In this document: positions 38,076 through 49,289 of the stretch, in pieces | Layout of the letters: each line of letters starts with the position of its first letter | How positions within the stretch are numbered: position 1 is the stretch's first letter | Assembly: GCA_963846555.1 (NCBI GenBank) | Contig: CAWJWI010000004.1 | Coordinates: forward strand, 2,043,616 to 2,107,615 | Origin: an uncultured Microthrixaceae bacterium | GTDB taxonomy: Bacteria; Actinomycetota; Acidimicrobiia; Acidimicrobiales; VFJN01 | Direction: 5' to 3' | DNA: 64,000 nt | Notes under the pieces: generated by a model | Database searches by the model: none | Told to the model about the DNA's origin: nothing | Seen by the model: the letters and a program-made list of their open reading frames with translations, nothing else | Made by a program: the position numbers and the translations under genes

Positions 38076-39191
38076 TTACTCATAGGCCGCGCGGACACGC
38101 GAACGCACCGCTTCGAGCGACCCGGTCCCGATGGCGGTCCGCACCTCCTCGACGAGGCGGAGAGTCCACCACACGTTGTGGATGGTGAGCAGGCGGGGCG
38201 CCGTCGGCTCGTCGACCACGAGGAGGTGGCGCAGGTAGGCCCGCGACCACCGGGCGCACACCGGGCAGCCGCAGGCGACGTCGAGCGGGGCGCCGTCGTC
38301 CGCGTTCTCGGCCCGCTTCAGGTTGTAGCGACCCGCCGTCGACAGCACCGTGCCGTGCCGAGCGAAGCGGGTCGGGAGCACGCAGTCGAACAGGTCGATC
38401 CCGAGGGCGATCGCCTCCACCATCCCGATGGGATCTCCCAGCCCCATGAGGTAGCGGGGCTGGTCCTCGGGCAGGTGGGGCAGCGTGGCGGCGAGCGCTT
38501 CGAGCATCGCGTCGCGTGACTCGCCGACGGACAGGCCACCGATGGCGTACCCGTCGAACCCGAGGGCCACCGTGCGCTCCGCGCTCTCGACCCGCAGCTC
38601 GATGTCGGTGCCGCCCTGCACGATGCCGAACTGGTTGAGGTCGGGCCGGTCACGGGCCAGGAACTCGGTTCGAGCCACCTCGGCCCAGGCCGCCGTGCGC
38701 TCGACGGCCTCGCGGAGCACGTCCGGTGGTGACGGCAGCGGGGCGCAGACGTCGAGCACCATCTGGATGTCGCTTCCCAGCTGGGTCTGGATCTCCACGG
38801 CGGAGGCGGGAGTGAGTCGGTGGGTGCCGCCGTCGTAGGTCGACCGGAAGGTCACGCCGTCGTCGTCCACGCGCACGTTGCCGCCCGGGTCGAGCGAGAA
38901 GATCTGGTAGCCGCCCGAGTCGGTGAGGAGGTGGCCTCGCCAGTCGGCGAACCGGTGGAGTCCTCCGAGGCGGGCGATGCGCTCGGCCCCCGGCTTCAGC
39001 ATGAGGTGGTACGTGTTGCCGAGGATGATCTCGGCCCCCAGGTCCTCCAGATCGGCCGACGAGAGGGTGCGCACCGCGCCCCGGGTGCCCACGGGCATGA
39101 AGCACGGCGTGGGGATCTCGCCCCGGGCGGTGCGGATGACTCCGGCCCGGGCCGGGCCGAGGCGATCGGTGATCTCGATGGCGAGGGTCAA
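38076..39191 (-). CDS. tgt: tRNA-guanine transglycosylase (queuine tRNA-ribosyltransferase)
   Basis: Intact 371-aa ORF with [60 protein letters not shown] and the Zn motif CGCPVC...H. Confidence 0.92.
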   Translation of the reverse strand: MTLAIEITDRLGPARAGVIRTARGEIPTPCFMPVGTRGAVRTLSSADLEDLGAEIILGNTYHLMLKPGAERIARLGGLHRFADWRGHLLTDSGGYQIFSLDPGGNVRVDDDGVTFRSTYDGGTHRLTPASAVEIQTQLGSDIQMVLDVCAPLPSPPDVLREAVERTAAWAEVARTEFLARDRPDLNQFGIVQGGTDIELRVESAERTVALGFDGYAIGGLSVGESRDAMLEALAATLPHLPEDQPRYLMGLGDPIGMVEAIALGIDLFDCVLPTRFARHGTVLSTAGRYNLKRAENADDGAPLDVACGCPVCARWSRAYLRHLLVVDEPTAPRLLTIHNVWWTLRLVEEVRTAIGTGSLEAVRSRVRAAYE

Positions 39192-40204
39192 CCCCGCTCC
39201 CCTCGTAGGAACATGGCGTCGCCGAAGCTGAGGAACCGGTAGCCCGTGCGGAGCGCCTCGGCGTAGAGGGCCCGCCAGCGCGGCCCGATGAACGCATCGA
39301 CCAGGACGAGCAGCGACGAGCGGGGCTGGTGGAAGTTCGTGACCAGCGCGTCGACGACTGCGAAGGGGCGATCACCGTGGATGAACAGGTCGGTGCGTCC
39401 CTCCAGCTCGCCTCGGGCCGCGGCCGACTCCAGGGCCCGCACCGTGGTGGTGCCGATGGCCACGACCCGCTCTGCCCGCTTCGCAGGCCGCCATGGTCGC
39501 GGCGGGAACCCGGTAGCGCTCAGCGTGCATCTCGTGGTCGTCGACCCGCTCGGTTGCGATCGGCCGGAACGTGCCCAGGCCCACGACCAGCTCCACCGGG
39601 ACGACGGCGGCCCCACGGCGCGGACGGCCGCCAGCACCGCCGGCGTGAGGTGGAGCCCGGCGGTGGGGGCGGCCACCGACCCGGGCTCGACGGCGTAGGT
39701 GGTCTGGTAGCGCTCCGGGTCTGCCAGCGGGGTGGTGATGTAGGGCGGCAGGGGGACGGCACCGTGGCGGTCCAGGACGGCGAGCAGGTCGGCTCCGGCG
39801 CCCAGGTGGAGCTCGACCCGGCGCCGACCCTCGCCGAGGTCGTCGCCCACGACCACGGTGAGGTCGTCGCCGGCGGTCAGCGCCGTGCCGGGCGCCACCT
39901 TGCGGCTGGGGCGCACGAGCGCCTCCCAGGTTCGCTCGTCCGGGTCGAGCGGCTCGAGGAGCAGCACCTCGACCGCACCGCCGGTGGGCTTGGTCAGGTG
40001 GAGGCGGGCCGGGAGGACGCGGGTGGTGTTGAGGACGACGACGTCACCCGGCCCGACCAGCGAGGGCAGGTCCGTGACGGTCCCGTGGCGCGGAGCCAGG
40101 GCCGGCCCGTCGTCGATGAGCAAGCGGGCCGCGTCGCGAGGCTCGACGGGGGTCTGGGCGATGGCCGATGGCGGCAGGTCGTAGTCGAGATCGGCGGTGT
40201 CCAT
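39188..40204 (-). CDS. queA: S-adenosylmethionine:tRNA ribosyltransferase-isomerase (2 compensating frame interruptions)
   Basis: [43 protein letters not shown] and [11 protein letters not shown] are in the main frame. [12 protein letters not shown]...HAERY is in ORF 39372..39596. The sequence then returns to [14 protein letters not shown] and [10 protein letters not shown]. Switches lie near 39600 and 39475. The ORF-track entry 39188..40480 also reads through the ruvB 3' end. Confidence 0.85.
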   Translation of the reverse strand: MDTADLDYDLPPSAIAQTPVEPRDAARLLIDDGPALAPRHGTVTDLPSLVGPGDVVVLNTTRVLPARLHLTKPTGGAVEVLLLEPLDPDERTWEALVRPSRKVAPGTALTAGDDLTVVVGDDLGEGRRRVELHLGAGADLLAVLDRHGAVPLPPYITTPLADPERYQTTYAVEPGSVAAPTAGLHLTPAVLAAVRAVGPPSSRWSWSWAWARSGRSQPSGSTTTRCTLSATGFPPRPWRPAKRAERVVAIGTTTVRALESAAARGELEGRTDLFIHGDRPFAVVDALVTNFHQPRSSLLVLVDAFIGPRWRALYAEALRTGYRFLSFGDAMFLRGERG

Positions 40205-40275
40205 GGCGGCCCGACGAGTGTCCCGAGCAGTGCGAACAGCACCGAATCGCGAGGCAAATGCCCGCGGTCTTCGAC

Positions 40276-41325
40276 TCAGCCGAACAGGCCGGGGGGCGGT
40301 TGGTGGCCCTCGCACGTGGCGGGGAACGGCCACGCCGAGGTGGGCGAAGGCGGCCGCCGTGGCCACGCGGCCCCGGGGGGTGCGCATGAGCAGGCCCCGC
40401 TGGATGAGGAAGGGCTCGTAGACGTCCTCGACGGTCTCGGTCTGCTCCCCCACGCTGATGGCCAGCGTCGAGAGGCCCACCGGGCCGCCGCCGAAGCGCT
40501 CGCAGATGGCCGAGAGGATGGCCCGGTCGACCTTGTCGAGGCCCAGCTCGTCGACGCCGAAGATGGCCAGGCCGTCGGACGCGGTCGGCGAGGTCGACGG
40601 TGCCGTCGCCCCGCACCTCGGCGAAGTCGCGCACGCGACGCAGCAGCCGGTTGGCGATGCGGGGTGTGCCCCGGGCCCGGCCGGCGATCTCCCGGGCGCC
40701 GTCGGTGTCGATCCGCACGCCGAGGATGCCGGCGGCCCGGGTGACGATGGCCTCGAGGTCGGTCGGCTCGTAGTAGTCGAGCCGGGCGACGAGGCCGAAG
40801 CGGTCGCGCAGCGGCCCGGTGATGGACCCGGTGCGGGTGGTGGCGCCGACGAGGGTGAACCGGGGCAGGTCGAGGCGGATCGATCGGGCGGCCGGGCCCT
40901 TGCCGAGCACGATGTCGATCTGGAAGTCCTCCATGGCCGGGTAGAGGACCTCCTCGACGACCCGGGGGAGCCGGTGGATCTCGTCGATGAAGAGGACGTC
41001 GCCCTCGCCGAGCTGCGAGAGCATGGCGGCGAGGTCGCCGGCCCGCTCGATGGCGGGACCGGAGGTGACGTGGATGGCGACGCCCATCTCGCTGGCGATG
41101 ATGCCGGCCAGGCTCGTCTTGCCGAGACCGGGCGGGCCGGCGAGCAGCACGTGGTCGACGGCCTGGGCCCGGCGGCGGGCGGCCTCGAGGATGATCTCGA
41201 GGTGGTCCTTCAGCTCCGGCTGCCCCACGAACTCGGCCAGGGTGCGGGGCCGCAGGCTGACCTCGGCGGCGACCTCGGCGTCGTCAGTCGGGCTCGACCT
41301 CGGGACGGAGCAGCTCCTCGCGCAT
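40276..41325 (-). CDS. ruvB: Holliday junction branch migration helicase RuvB (3 frame interruptions)
   Basis: [12 protein letters not shown] | TDDAEV...[59 protein letters not shown] | ...[28 protein letters not shown]...[19 protein letters not shown] | ...GLFG*. Switches are at the GGG run 41290-41292, near 40580 and at the GGGG run 40321-40324. The total of 350 codons fits RuvB. Confidence 0.88.
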
Positions 41326-41334
41326 CGCCCTGCC

Positions 41335-41946
41335 TCAGCGTCGAGCCGCGGCCAGGCGCTGGAGGGCGTCGCGGAGCAGAGCCCCTGCGTCGCCGTCGTC
41401 GGGGAGGTCGGCCATGACCTCGCGCACCTCGCCTCGGTGTAGCCGAGCCCGGCGAGGGCCACGCGCACGTCGGCACGGGCACTCGACGAGCCGGGGACGT
41501 CGGAGCGGCGGCCCGAGGCGGCCGGCGAGCTCCCGAGGTCGGGGACCGACAGCCGGGACTTGAGGTCGATGAGCAGGCGGGCGCGGTCTTCTTGCCCACG
41601 CCGGGCACCAGGCACAGGGCGCCGAGGTCGTCCTCGGCCAGGACTCGGGCCAGCGCGATCGGCGAGTGGACGGACAGGATGGCCAGGGCCAGCGCCGGCC
41701 CGACGCCGTGGGCGCCGAGCAGCGCCTCGAAGCGTCGTGCGCTCGTCCTTGGTGGCGAAGCCGTAGAGCGTCTGCGGCGTCCTCGCGCTGGTGGTGGTGG
41801 ATCCAGCAGAACACCTCGTCGCCCACGTCGCCGAGGGAGACGGCGGTCGTGGGGCTGACCACGACGCGGTAGCCGACGCCGACCACCTCGACGGTGACCT
41901 CGGCGGCCCCCCGGTCGAGCAGCGTGCCCCGCAGCGAGCCGATCAT
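41335..41946 (-). CDS. ruvA: Holliday junction DNA helicase subunit RuvA (4 or more frame interruptions)
   Basis: Pieces over three frames read [13 protein letters not shown]...[10 protein letters not shown]...[10 protein letters not shown] / [20 protein letters not shown]...[10 protein letters not shown] / [10 protein letters not shown]...[13 protein letters not shown] / [10 protein letters not shown]...LRDALQRL. The total is 204 codons. Confidence 0.85.
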   Translation of the reverse strand: MIGSLRGTLLDRGAAEVTVEVVGVGYRVVVSPTTAVSLGDVGDEVFCWIHHHQREDAADALRLRHQGRAHDASRRCSAPTASGRRWPWPSCPSTRRSRWPESWPRTTSAPCAWCPAWARRPRPPAHRPQVPAVGPRPRELAGRLGPPLRRPRLVECPCRRARGPRRARLHRGEVREVMADLPDDGDAGALLRDALQRLAAARR

Positions 41947-42459
41947 CGGAGCACCGCCTTGGACTGCGGCCACCGCCACCCGACCCCGCATCGGCGCGTG
42001 GGCGAGGTGGCAGAGGGCCAGCGCCACGGCGTCGGCCGCGTCGACCGGCCGCAGGGGGTGGGCGATGCCGAGCAGGGTCTGCACCATGCGCTCCATCTGG
42101 TCCTTCGTGGCCCCGCCGACGCCGGCGACGGCCTGCTTCACCTGGTTCGGGGAGTACTCCACGACCTCGCAGCCCGCGGCCACCGCCTCGGCCATGGCGA
42201 TGCCGGCTGCCTGGGCCACCGAGATGGCCGTGCGCACGTTGACCTGGAACAGCACCCGCTCGATGGCGACGACGGCGGGCCGGTGCTCGGCGAGGAGGGC
42301 CCGCAGATCGACCTGCAGCTCGGCCAGGCGGTCCGGGACGGGCTGGGACGGCTCGGTGCGCAGCACGCCGACCGCGACGGCTCGGGTGCCGGACGGGCGC
42401 TGCTCGACGAGGCCGTAGCCACAGCGCGACAGGCCCGGATCGATGCCGAGGACGTACAC
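41943..42459 (-). CDS. ruvC: Crossover junction endodeoxyribonuclease RuvC
   Basis: Contains VLGIDPGLSRCGYG, VVAIERVLFQVNVRTA, VVEYSPNQVKQAVAGVGGATKDQ and DAADAVALALCH. In this sequence the frame runs on into ruvA without a stop. The expected ATGA overlap stop at 41943-41945 is out of frame by one, which implies an indel in the 3' tail. Confidence 0.82.
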
Positions 42460-42588
42460 GCGTTCGACGGTAGTGGGCGGGGGGCATCTGGCGGTGGATG
42501 CGGCGAGGTCGCTCAAGGGAGCAGTGGCCGAGGCCGATCCCCTCCCGTGCCCACGATCACCAGCCCGGCGGCGTCTACCGTCGCCCCG

Positions 42589-43567
42589 ATGGAGCCCGAC
42601 CCGCCCGTCATCGCCCTCGACGGCGTGGTGAAGTCCTTCGGGCCCCACCCGGCCCTCACCTCGCTCGACCTGCGCGTCCCGGCCGGCGAGATCACCGTGC
42701 TCCTCGGCCCGAACGGGGCCGGCAAGACGACGGCCATCCGCATGATCACCGGCGCCTTCGCCCCCGACGCGGGCTCGGTGCGGGTGTTCGGGCTCGACCC
42801 GGCCGTCGACGGCGAGGCCGTCCGCGTCCCGCTGCGGCGTCGTGTCGGCCAAGCCGTCGCTCTACGACCGCCTCGACGGGTGGGACAACCTGCGCTACTC
42901 CGCCGAGCTCCACGGCCTGGGCCGCGGCGCCCGATGTCGACGCCCGCATCGCCGAGTGCGCAGACCGCTTCGGCATCGACGCCGCCCTCGACGACCAGGT
43001 CGGCAGCTACTCGACCGGGATGAAGACGCGCCTGGCCCTGGCCCGGTCGGTCCTCCACCGGCCCGACCTGCTGCTCTACGACGAGCCGACGTCGGGCCTC
43101 GACCCCGAGTCGTCGCACGCCGTGCTCGAGCTGATCCGGGAGATGACCGGCGACGGCTCCACCGTGGTGATGTGCACGCACCTGCTCCTCGAGGCCGAGG
43201 GTCTGGCCGACCAGGTCGTCGTGCTCCAGGACGGCGCCGACATCGTGCACGGCTCCCCGGACGAGCTCGACGCGCCGGTACTGGCCCGACGACGTCGTGC
43301 GCATCGGCGCCGAGGACCCCGCTGGCCTCGACGTGCTGCGCGACCACGAGGGCGTCCTCGGCTACGAGCGGGCGCGACGGGCTGGCCACGCTCCACATCG
43401 ACGGCGCCTCCACGGGTGCCCGACCTGGTCGCCGCGCTGGCCGACGTCCGGCGTGCGCGTCACCCGCGTCGAGCCCCACGAGCCAAACGCTCGAGGACCT
43501 CTACTTCGCCGTCCGCCAGACGTCGGGCCACAGCCGGCTCGGCACCGTCGCAGGGAGCGCCGTCTGA
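42589..43567 (+). CDS. ABC transporter ATP-binding protein (5 or more frame interruptions)
   Basis: Stitched pieces read IALDGVVKSFG, the Walker A LLGPNGAGKTT, PSLYDRLDGWDNLRY, the signature YSTGMKTRLALA, the Walker B LLLYDEPTSGLD, the H-loop VVMCTHLL and the C-terminal LEDLYFAV. Confidence 0.8.
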
Positions 43568-44427
43568 TGGCCACGACCGTCCGCCGCCGCCCGCCGACCC
43601 CTGCAGTGGGCCACGTCCGGACCGTGGCCCGCACCGACCTCAAGCAGCTCGTGCAGGCCAAGGACTACTGGATCCCGATGATGATCCTGGGCGGCATCTT
43701 CTTCGTGTTCGTGCCCACCGTCCTGCTGCTCACGATCACCCAGCTCGGCGACGTGCGGCGCCGTCGAGCCAGCTCTCGCAGGCGCTCGAGGTCCTGCCCC
43801 AGAAGGCCCAGGACGCCGATCCAGGGCGACACCGAGAAGGGCCGGGCCGCCTACGCCCTGGCCGTGTACCTGTTCGCTCCCGTGGCCGTCGTCGTGCCCA
43901 TCACCATCTCGACCGCCGTCGGCGCGGCCACGATCGTCGGCGAGCGGGAGCGGGGCACCGGCGAGTTCCTCGCCCACTCCCCCGCCGGCATCCGCGAGAT
44001 CTTCTACGGCAAGCTGATCGCCAGCCTGCTCCCCGGCTACCTCACGACCATCGTCGGCTTCGGCATCTACTCGCTGATCGTCAACACGATCGTCGGCCCC
44101 GACGTCGGCGGCTGGTTCTTCCCGACCCGCCAGTGGTGGGTGCTGATGCTCTGGGTCGTGCCGCCGTTCCTCGCCTTCACCCTGTCGCTCGTGCTGCGCC
44201 TGTCGGCCAAGGTGAAGTCGACGGCCGCCGCCCAGCAGGCGTCCGGCCTGGTCAGCCTGCCGCTGATCATGGTCGCCTACAGCCAGGCCACCGGCAGCCT
44301 CTACGGCGGCGACGCCCTGGCCTGGTACATCGGCGCCATCGCCTGGATCCTCGCCATCCTCGCCCTCTGGCGCGGCGTTCACTCCGTGACCCGTGCTCGC
44401 CTGCTCGGCGTCGCCGACGAGCAGTAG
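43567..44427 (+). CDS. ABC-2 type transporter permease (2 compensating frame interruptions near 43750-43820)
   Basis: Six predicted TM helices (WIPMMILGGIFFVFVPTVLLL, AVYLFAPVAVVVPI, LLPGYLTTIVGFGIYSL, WWVLMLWVVPPFLAFTL, LVSLPLIMVAY, YIGAIAWILAILAL). The ATG overlaps the ATPase stop (TGATG). Confidence 0.72.
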   Translation: MATTVRRRPPTPAVGHVRTVARTDLKQLVQAKDYWIPMMILGGIFFVFVPTVLLLTITQLGDVRRRRASSRRRSRSCPRRPRTPIQGDTEKGRAAYALAVYLFAPVAVVVPITISTAVGAATIVGERERGTGEFLAHSPAGIREIFYGKLIASLLPGYLTTIVGFGIYSLIVNTIVGPDVGGWFFPTRQWWVLMLWVVPPFLAFTLSLVLRLSAKVKSTAAAQQASGLVSLPLIMVAYSQATGSLYGGDALAWYIGAIAWILAILALWRGVHSVTRARLLGVADEQ

Positions 44428-44901
44428 CTAGGAGGCGGCCCTGACCGCCTCCACGAGCTCCTCGGTGGAGCGGAAGGTGAGCCCAGCCACGGCCCGGTGG
44501 GCGTAGCGGACGATGCCCGCGGCGTCGACCACGAACGCCGAGCGGCGGTAGAAGCCGAGCGGCCCGAGGATGCCGTAGGCCTCGCCCACCGCCTTGTCGG
44601 CGTCGGCCAGCAGCGGGAACCCGAAGCCCACCCTGCTTGCACGGCGAAGTCGTCGTGGCTCTGCACCGACTGGGGGCTGATGGCCAGCACCTGGGCGCCG
44701 ACCTCGTCGAAGGAGCCGATGTCCTCGGTGTAGGCGTTGAGCTGACGGGTGCACACCGGGGTGTTGTCGCCCGGGTAGAAGACGAGCACCACCGACCTGC
44801 CCGCGGTGCTCGGCGAGCGAGTAGCGGCGGCGACCCGCTTCGGTGCCGTCGCTGCCGTCGAGGGTGAAGTCGGGAGCGGGCGTCCCGACCTCGGCCGCCA
44901 T
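44428..44901 (-). CDS. bcp: Thiol peroxidase, Bcp/AhpC-TSA family (2 frame interruptions)
   Basis: [14 protein letters not shown]...YSLAEHRG | [21 protein letters not shown]...[15 protein letters not shown] | [16 protein letters not shown]...RSAFVVD. The peroxidatic Cys lies in the PVCT context. Confidence 0.8.
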   Translation of the reverse strand: MAAEVGTPAPDFTLDGSDGTEAGRRRYSLAEHRGQVGGARLLPGRQHPGVHPSAQRLHRGHRLLRRGRRPGAGHQPPVGAEPRRLRRASRVGFGFPLLADADKAVGEAYGILGPLGFYRRSAFVVDAAGIVRYAHRAVAGLTFRSTEELVEAVRAAS

Positions 44902-45647
44902 CAGGCTGATGCCTTCGAGGATGGCGTCGGGGATGTCGAAGTTGGCGTAGACGTCCTGCACGTCGTCGTTGTCGTCGAGGATGTCGATGAGGTTCAGCAC
45001 CTTCTTGGCCGCCTCGGCGTGTCGAGGGCGATGGTGGCGTTCGGCACCATCGTGAGCTCGGACGATGTCACCGCGATGCCGGCCTCCTCGAGCGCGGTGC
45101 GCACGGCGTGGAGCTCGGTGGCCGGGGTGGTGACGCGCCAGGCCTCACCGTCGTCGGCGATGTCCTCGGCGCCGGCGTCGAGCGCGACGAGCATCAGGTC
45201 GTCCTCCTCGGCGGCGCGGTCGGCGAGCACGATGCCCTTGCGCTCGAACTGCCACGCCACCGCGCCCGGCTCGGCCATCGAGCCGCCGTTCTTCGAGAAG
45301 AGGTTGCGGATCTCCGAGCCGGTGCGGTTGCGGTTGTCGGTGAGCACGTCGACGAGCACGGCGACGCCGCCCGGGGCGTAGCCCTCGTAGGTGATCGACT
45401 CGTAGATGACGCCCTCGAGGTCGCCGGTGCCCCGCTTGATGGCCCGCTCGATGGTGTCGATCGGCACCGACGCGTCACGGGCCTTCTGGAACATCGTGCG
45501 CAGCGTCGGGTTCATGTCCGGGTCGCCGCCGCCCTCGCGCGCCGCCACCTCGACCTGGCGGATCAGCTTGGCGAAGAGCTTGCCCCGGGCCGCGTCGGCG
45601 GCCCCCTTCTTGTGCTTGATGGTTGCCCACTTGGAATGTCCGGACAT
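44901..45647 (-). CDS. YebC/PmpR family DNA-binding transcriptional regulator (1-2 frame interruptions at the 3' end)
   Basis: [41 protein letters not shown] and [10 protein letters not shown] are in ORF 44994..45647. The C-terminal [24 protein letters not shown] is the first part of ORF 44428..45000. The expected stop (TGA overlapping the bcp ATG) is out of frame here. Confidence 0.82.
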
Positions 45648-45653
45648 GAGAGA

Positions 45654-46224
45654 TCAGATCTCCTTCAGGAAGCGATCGTGGAGGCGGACGTCGTCGCGAG
45701 AGCTCCGGGTGGAAGGCGGCGACCGTGACGGCGCCCTGACGGCAGAGCACAGGGTGCCCGTCCACGGTGGCCAGCACCTCGACCTCGGGGCCGGCCCGCT
45801 CGACGAAGGGCGCGCGGATGAACACGGCCGGGAACGGCGCCGGGGTCGCCCTCCAGCGTCCAGGTCGGCCTCGAAGGAGTCGACCTGACGGCCGAAGGCG
45901 TTGCGGCGCACGGAGATGTCGACGGCGCCGAAGCAGCGCTGGTCGGACCGTCCGTCGAGGATCTCGGTGCCCAGCAGGATCATCCCGGCACACGTGCCGA
46001 GCGCGGGCATGCCCCCGGCCAGGCGGGCCGCGACGGGCTCGAACAGCCCGGACGACTCGAGGAGCATCGACATCGTCGTCGACTCGCCGCCGGGCAGGAC
46101 GAGCGCGTCGACGTCCGCCAGGTCGTCCGGCGGTGCGGACCTCGCGCGGCTCAGCGCCGAGGGAGCGCAGAACCGCCGCGTGCGCGGCGAACGCGCCCTG
46201 CAGGGCCAGCACGCCGACCTTCAC
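45654..46224 (-). CDS. pdxT: Pyridoxal 5'-phosphate synthase glutaminase subunit PdxT (3 or more frame interruptions)
   Basis: [11 protein letters not shown] / LFEPV...[13 protein letters not shown]...[21 protein letters not shown] / [11 protein letters not shown]...VAAFHPELS / [10 protein letters not shown]. Confidence 0.82.
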
Positions 46225-46277
46225 CTGGAGGCCTCGCTGCGAACATCACGACGATGGTACGAGGACCGGGGACACGG

Positions 46278-47185
46278 CTACCAGCCGCGCTCGGCGAAGG
46301 TGGTCTCGAGGCCGGCGATCTCGAGCCCCGGCATGGCCGGGCCCGAGCCCGCGGGACACCTTGGCGATGATGGCGGGATCGGCGAAGTGGGTGGTGGCCT
46401 CGACGATCGCCTTGGCCCGCCGGGCCGGGTCGTCGGACTTGAAGATGCCCGAGCCGACGAACACGGCCTGAGGCGCCGAGCTGCATGACCAGCGCGGCAT
46501 CGGCCGGCGTGGCGAGCCCACCGGCGCAGAAGAGCGGCACGGGCAGCTCGCCGGTCTCGGCCAGCTCCTGCACGAGCCCGACCGGCGCCTGCAGGCGCTT
46601 GGCCCAGTCGTACAGCTCGGCCGAGTCGGCCTGGGTGATCTTGCGCACGTCGCCGAGGATCGAGCGGAGGTGGCGGACGGCCTCGACGACGTTGCCGGTG
46701 CCGGCCTCGCCCTTCGAGCGCAGCATGGCCGCGCCCTCGCTGATGCGCCGGAGCGCCTCGCCCAGGTTGGTGGCGCCGCACACGAAGGGCACGGTGAACG
46801 CCCACTTGTCGATGTGGTGCGCCTCGTCGGCCGGGGTCAGCACCTCGGACTCGTCGACGTAGTCGACGCCGAGCGACTCGAGCACCTGGGCCTCGACGAA
46901 GTGGCCGATGCGGGCCTTGGCCATCACGGGGATGGTGACGACCTCCTTGATGCCCTCGATCATCTCCGGGTCGGACATGCGGGCCACGCCGCCGTCGCGC
47001 CGGATGTCGGAGGGCACCCGCTCGAGGGCCATCACGGCGACCGCACCGGCGTCCTCGGCGATCTTGGCCTGGTCGGGGTCGACGACATCCATGATGACGC
47101 CGCCCTTGAGCATCTCGGCCAGGCCGCGCTTCACGCGGGTGGTGCCGGTGTCGTGGCTGATGGGGCGGGAGGAGGCGTCGGCCAT
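46278..47185 (-). CDS. pdxS: Pyridoxal 5'-phosphate synthase lyase subunit PdxS (2 or more frame interruptions near the 3' end)
   Basis: [90 protein letters not shown], then [14 protein letters not shown] and FAERGW in other frames. Confidence 0.88.
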
Positions 47186-47237
47186 GGGTCGATCGTACCG
47201 CCGGCCCCGGAGAACCCCGAAGCCGGTTCGGAGCCGG

Positions 47238-48321
47238 CTACAGCCGCCGGGCCCCGCCGGGCGGGGCGAGCGCGATCCAGGTGCGTCCGGGGGTGAGGCC
47301 GATCGGGTTGCCGTCCACGTCGGGTAGGTGGTGACGGCGTCGAGCGCCGGCTTGTGCCACGTGGCGGCGACGACGCCGCCCGCTGTGAGCACCCAGGCCT
47401 CGCCCGAGCCGACCAGCTGGGCCTCGGGGATCGGCACCGCCGAACTGGTCGTTGACGTCGGACCCGGCGTAGGGCGTGAACTGGACGATCACGTTCTCCG
47501 GCGCGATCTGGGTGCCGGCCGCGTCGACGTGGGGCGTGCCCTTCTGGAAGCGAGCCCAGCCGGCGCCGGTCCAGCGGTACTCGACCGGCGCGGCTCCGGC
47601 ACTCGTCCCGAAGCTGATGCCGACCCCCGCCACGGGTCTCGAGGTGGGCCGGCTCGGGGTTGTCCCCGGCTCGGTAGGTGAACAGGGCCGGCGGGGGTGA
47701 GGACCCTTCGTTGGGCAGGGCCATGATCTCGTTCGTGCCCTTGAGCATGAGGTTGTGGGGCGCGGGCCGGTCGCCCGCCCTGAAGTAGTGGCTGGTGGCC
47801 GCGTCGTATCCCACGTCGGCCAGGTTGGCCTCGCGGATGCGCGCCGCGAACGTGTTGTTGGCTCCGCTCCACGCGTAGAAGGGACGGTGCAGGGCTGCGA
47901 GCACGCCGATGTCGGAGGTGCGGGCCGAGCGCACCGGACCGACGGGCGCGACGTCGGTGGAGTGGAACACGGCGAGGAAGCGGGTGACGCTGCCTTCGAC
48001 CCGCTCTTCGTAGACGACGTCGGCCTGGTTGATGCCGACCTGTGGTCGGGCCTTGGGCTCGACGTTGTCGATCTTCACCACGAGGGCGGGCCGGCCGATC
48101 CGGGCCGGGTCCCCCGGGATCCCGAGCAACGGGGCCGCCGGGACAGGGGCCGTCGTCGTGGTGGCCTCCGTCGTCGTCGTGGTGCTCGAGGTCGTGGTGG
48201 GGGGCGGCGCGTCGTCCCCGCCACCCACGAGGGCCAGGCCGATGCCGCCGGCCAGCATGAGCACGGCGACCGCGCCCGCCCCGATCCGCTTCGTCGTCGT
48301 GTCCAAGGCCGAGGCCAGCAA
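47238..48321 (-). CDS. DUF3048 domain (YerB-like) secreted/lipoprotein-type protein (about 3 frame interruptions)
   Basis: N-terminal TM/signal helix, then a Thr-rich linker ([18 protein letters not shown]), then [42 protein letters not shown] and PVRSARTSD. The C-terminal parts lie in ORFs 47238..47633 and at the start of 46151..47437. Confidence 0.6.
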
Positions 48322-48336
48322 TGCGTCTCCTGTCGA

Positions 48337-49255
48337 CTAGAGCTCGCGGAGGAGCGCGATGCGCTCCTCGAGCGGCGGATGGGTGTTGAACATCCGGTTG
48401 AGCTTGGAGATCCGACCCTCTTGCTCCTCGACCGCCTGCGGCTGCTCGATCCAGAGGTGCGCTGTCGCGTGCGACGTCGAGCCGACGACGGTGTAGTCGT
48501 CCCGGAGCTTCTCGAGCGCGGAGATCAGGCCGGGCGGGTAGCGGGTGAGCTCGACGCCCGAGACGTCGGCCAGCATCTCGCGCTCGGCGGCTGACGGCCG
48601 CCTGCATGACCTTGGCGATCAGCGGCGAGAGGATGAGCAGGGCGAACCCGAGCGACGGCGAGGATGGCGAGCACGCCGCCTCCGCCGTTGTCGTTGTCGT
48701 TGTTGCGGCTGCGGCCCATCCCGAACCACAGGAAGCGCACGCCCACGTCGGCTGCGATGGCGATGAGCCCCACCATCGTGACGGCGAGCGTGGAGACGAG
48801 GATGTCGTAGTTCTTGATGTGGCTCAGCTCGTGGGCGATCACGCCCTCGAGCTCCACCCGGTTCATGCGCTCGAGCAGGCCGGTGGTGACCGCGATGGCG
48901 GCGTGCTTCGGGTTGCGGCCGGTGGCGAACGCGTTGGGCGACGGGTCGTCGACGACGTAGATCCGGGGCTTGGGCAGGCCGCCCGGCGATGCAGAGGCCC
49001 TCGACGAGGTTGTGGAGCCGGGGGTACTCCTCGATCGACGCCGGTTGGGCCCGACTGACAGCGAGGGCGATGGCGTCGGACTTCCAGTACGACAGCGCCG
49101 CGGAGCCGCCCGCGATCACGACGGCCACGCCGATGAACACCGGACCGCCCTGCACGAGGAGGTTGAGGGCGAAGCCCACCGCCACGATCGAGGAGGACGA
49201 AGCCAGCGATCAGGAGGATGGAGCGACGCTTGTTCTGGGCGACCTGGTCGTACAC
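48337..49255 (-). CDS. htpX: M48 family zinc metalloprotease HtpX (4 or more frame interruptions)
   Basis: Fragments read [19 protein letters not shown] / AVGFALNLL...[14 protein letters not shown]...[12 protein letters not shown] / [21 protein letters not shown] (HExxH) / [23 protein letters not shown]...[10 protein letters not shown]. Confidence 0.82.
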
Positions 49256-49289
49256 GCGGGGTTCAGGGTCCTTGGGTGGAGCAGAGGTG

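Noticed and set aside
39188-40480. Apparent fusion ORFs: RuvB C-terminus plus QueA (39188..40480), RuvC plus RuvA (41335..42852), YebC C-terminus plus Bcp (44428..45000), PgsA plus acyltransferase (51098..52846), and a junk N-terminus on AspS (17894..19645).
   Set aside because: In each case the expected stop codon, often an ATGA/GTGA overlap with the next start, is present but out of frame by one. The junctions lie in the indel-dense part of the window. I treat them as read-through artefacts of frame errors, not real fusions.
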